Shown here in pieces: positions 62,752 through 64,000 of a stretch of DNA of 64,000 nt. This stretch comes from an uncultured Pseudomonadales bacterium. GTDB taxonomy: Bacteria; Pseudomonadota; Gammaproteobacteria; Pseudomonadales; Azotimanducaceae. The DNA lies in the NCBI GenBank assembly GCA_958295875.1, contig OY282379.1:2569046-2633045 (forward strand), in the 5' to 3' direction. The first letter of the stretch is position 1. Each line of letters opens with the position of its first letter. The notes under the pieces were generated by a model, which saw only the letters and a list, made by a program, of their open reading frames with translations, searched no databases and was not told where the DNA came from. A program made the translations under genes and the position numbers.

Positions 62752-63885
62752 CTACTCCATCAACCCCGTCAGCCGTTCGGCGGAATCCGCGAAGTCTTCC
62801 ATGAAGTCGTAGACCACTTGGCGGGCGGAGATGGTGGCGTTCATCAAGCCGACTCCCTGGCCCACGAAGTAGGTCGCCAATTGCCGGGCGCCGGCGTGGC
62901 CGCCCTCTGCCAGCTTGCTGATGCGGCCCAGCGCCGGCTCGCTCACCAACTGCTGCAACGGCATCGGCAGCGGGTCTGGGCTGTCTGGGTCATGCCAGGC
63001 GTCGGTCCAAGCGGAACGCAGTTGCCGCGTGTACTTGCCCGTGCGGCTGCGCGAACGCACCGTCTGGCGCGAGCTGGCGGCCAGCATCTTCTCCTTCACG
63101 GCCGGCGCCGTTTCAGCTTCCGCGGTGGTGAGCCACACGGAACCGCACCAAGCGCCGGCGGCGCCCATCGCCATCACCGCCGCCATTTGCCGGCCCGTGA
63201 CGATGCCGCCGGCGGCCAGCACGGGGATGTCCCCATACGGCTTGAGGGCATCCAGCACTTCCGGAATCAACACCATCGTCGACACTTCGCCGCAGTGGCC
63301 GCCGGCTTCGGTGCCGGAAACGATGAGCACATCCGTGCCGGCTTCAGCGTGCTTGACGGCGTGTTCCTTGGCGCCGGTGAGCGCGCCGACCGGAACGCCC
63401 GCCGAACGGGCGCGCTGCAGCATGAAGGGCGGCGGCACGCCGAGCGCGTTGACGACGAACTTCACCGGATGGTCGAAGGCGGCATCCAGCACCACCGAGG
63501 CGCCTTTCTCGCGCAGGTGGTCGCCGAAGTTGTCGCTGAGTTGGCGGTCCCACAGCCCCTTGGTGTCGATGCCGTGGCGGGCGAGGATGGATTCCACATG
63601 CGCCTTGTGCTGCGGGGGAATGCGCGCCTCGATCTCCGCGGCGGAGAGGGCTTCCTCCTTGCTGTCGAGGCTGGTGGGCACGAGCAGGTCCACGCCGTAG
63701 GGCTTGCCGTTGACATGGTCGTCTAGCCAGCTCAACTCGATGTCCAAGGATTCGGGTGTGTGGCCCACGGCGCCGAGCACGCCCATGCCGCCGGCGTTGC
63801 TCACCGCGGCGATCACGTCGCGGCAGTGGCTGAACGCGAACAACGGGAACTCGATGCCGAACATGTCGCAGACCGGGCTCTTCAT
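62752..63885 (-). CDS. Nitronate monooxygenase (NMO) family FMN oxidoreductase
   Basis: It has FGIEFPLFAFSHCRDVIAAVSNAGGMGVLG, GTEAGGH and PVLAAGGI. ATG at 63885 is preceded by GGAAGGA. Confidence 0.85.
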   Translation of the reverse strand: MKSPVCDMFGIEFPLFAFSHCRDVIAAVSNAGGMGVLGAVGHTPESLDIELSWLDDHVNGKPYGVDLLVPTSLDSKEEALSAAEIEARIPPQHKAHVESILARHGIDTKGLWDRQLSDNFGDHLREKGASVVLDAAFDHPVKFVVNALGVPPPFMLQRARSAGVPVGALTGAKEHAVKHAEAGTDVLIVSGTEAGGHCGEVSTMVLIPEVLDALKPYGDIPVLAAGGIVTGRQMAAVMAMGAAGAWCGSVWLTTAEAETAPAVKEKMLAASSRQTVRSRSRTGKYTRQLRSAWTDAWHDPDSPDPLPMPLQQLVSEPALGRISKLAEGGHAGARQLATYFVGQGVGLMNATISARQVVYDFMEDFADSAERLTGLME

Positions 63886-64000
63886 GTTTCCTTCCTGTCC
63901 AAATGATTGCGAGAGACTAACAAACTCCGCGCCAAGTCGCGCCATGCGAGGCATCGCCGCGCTTTGACTCCGGCGTGCCAGCAGGCATCATCGCCCGATG

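Overview
This is a high-GC, densely coding bacterial chromosomal window with proteobacterium-like gene content. All calls were made by eye from motifs in the supplied translations and DNA; no database search was run.

Ordinary genes include amt, pyrD, typA, pnuC, an aldehyde dehydrogenase, an acyl-CoA dehydrogenase, several GST, VOC and TauD-type enzymes, a sulfatase, a POT transporter and a nitronate monooxygenase. Three accessory patches interrupt them.

1. **Envelope-glycan cluster (3.9-20.3 kb, minus strand).** It combines a mycobacterial-type decaprenyl-phospho-arabinose-like trio (HAD-UbiA fusion, DprE1-like, DprE2-like) with three large GT-C-like membrane proteins. These proteins show module shuffling. 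A segmental duplication of about 1.7 kb has left a truncated dprE1 copy. A kinase / HAD / nucleotidyltransferase / GT2 / flippase-like set lies alongside.

2. **Three Rpn (YhgA-like) nuclease loci.** Each has a conserved internal in-frame SD-ATG. Each is followed by a stand-alone tandem duplicate of its C-terminal module. Two nearly identical loci sit as direct repeats about 12.4 kb apart.

3. **Low-GC block abutting tRNA-Ser(CGA) (about 31.0-36.6 kb), between those two repeats. This is the most interesting region.** It encodes a Dgt-like HD triphosphohydrolase, a membrane-anchored dCTP-deaminase-fold protein lacking the catalytic Glu, and a PurA-family protein with Ser at both catalytic positions (Asp and His). 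It also encodes an exonuclease-DUF429-P-loop-kinase fusion. I read this as a candidate undescribed nucleotide-centric defence or nucleotide-modifying system.

An IS481-family element, a degraded ISNCY-type element and two solo IS-end-like repeats are also present. No rRNA or CRISPR was seen.
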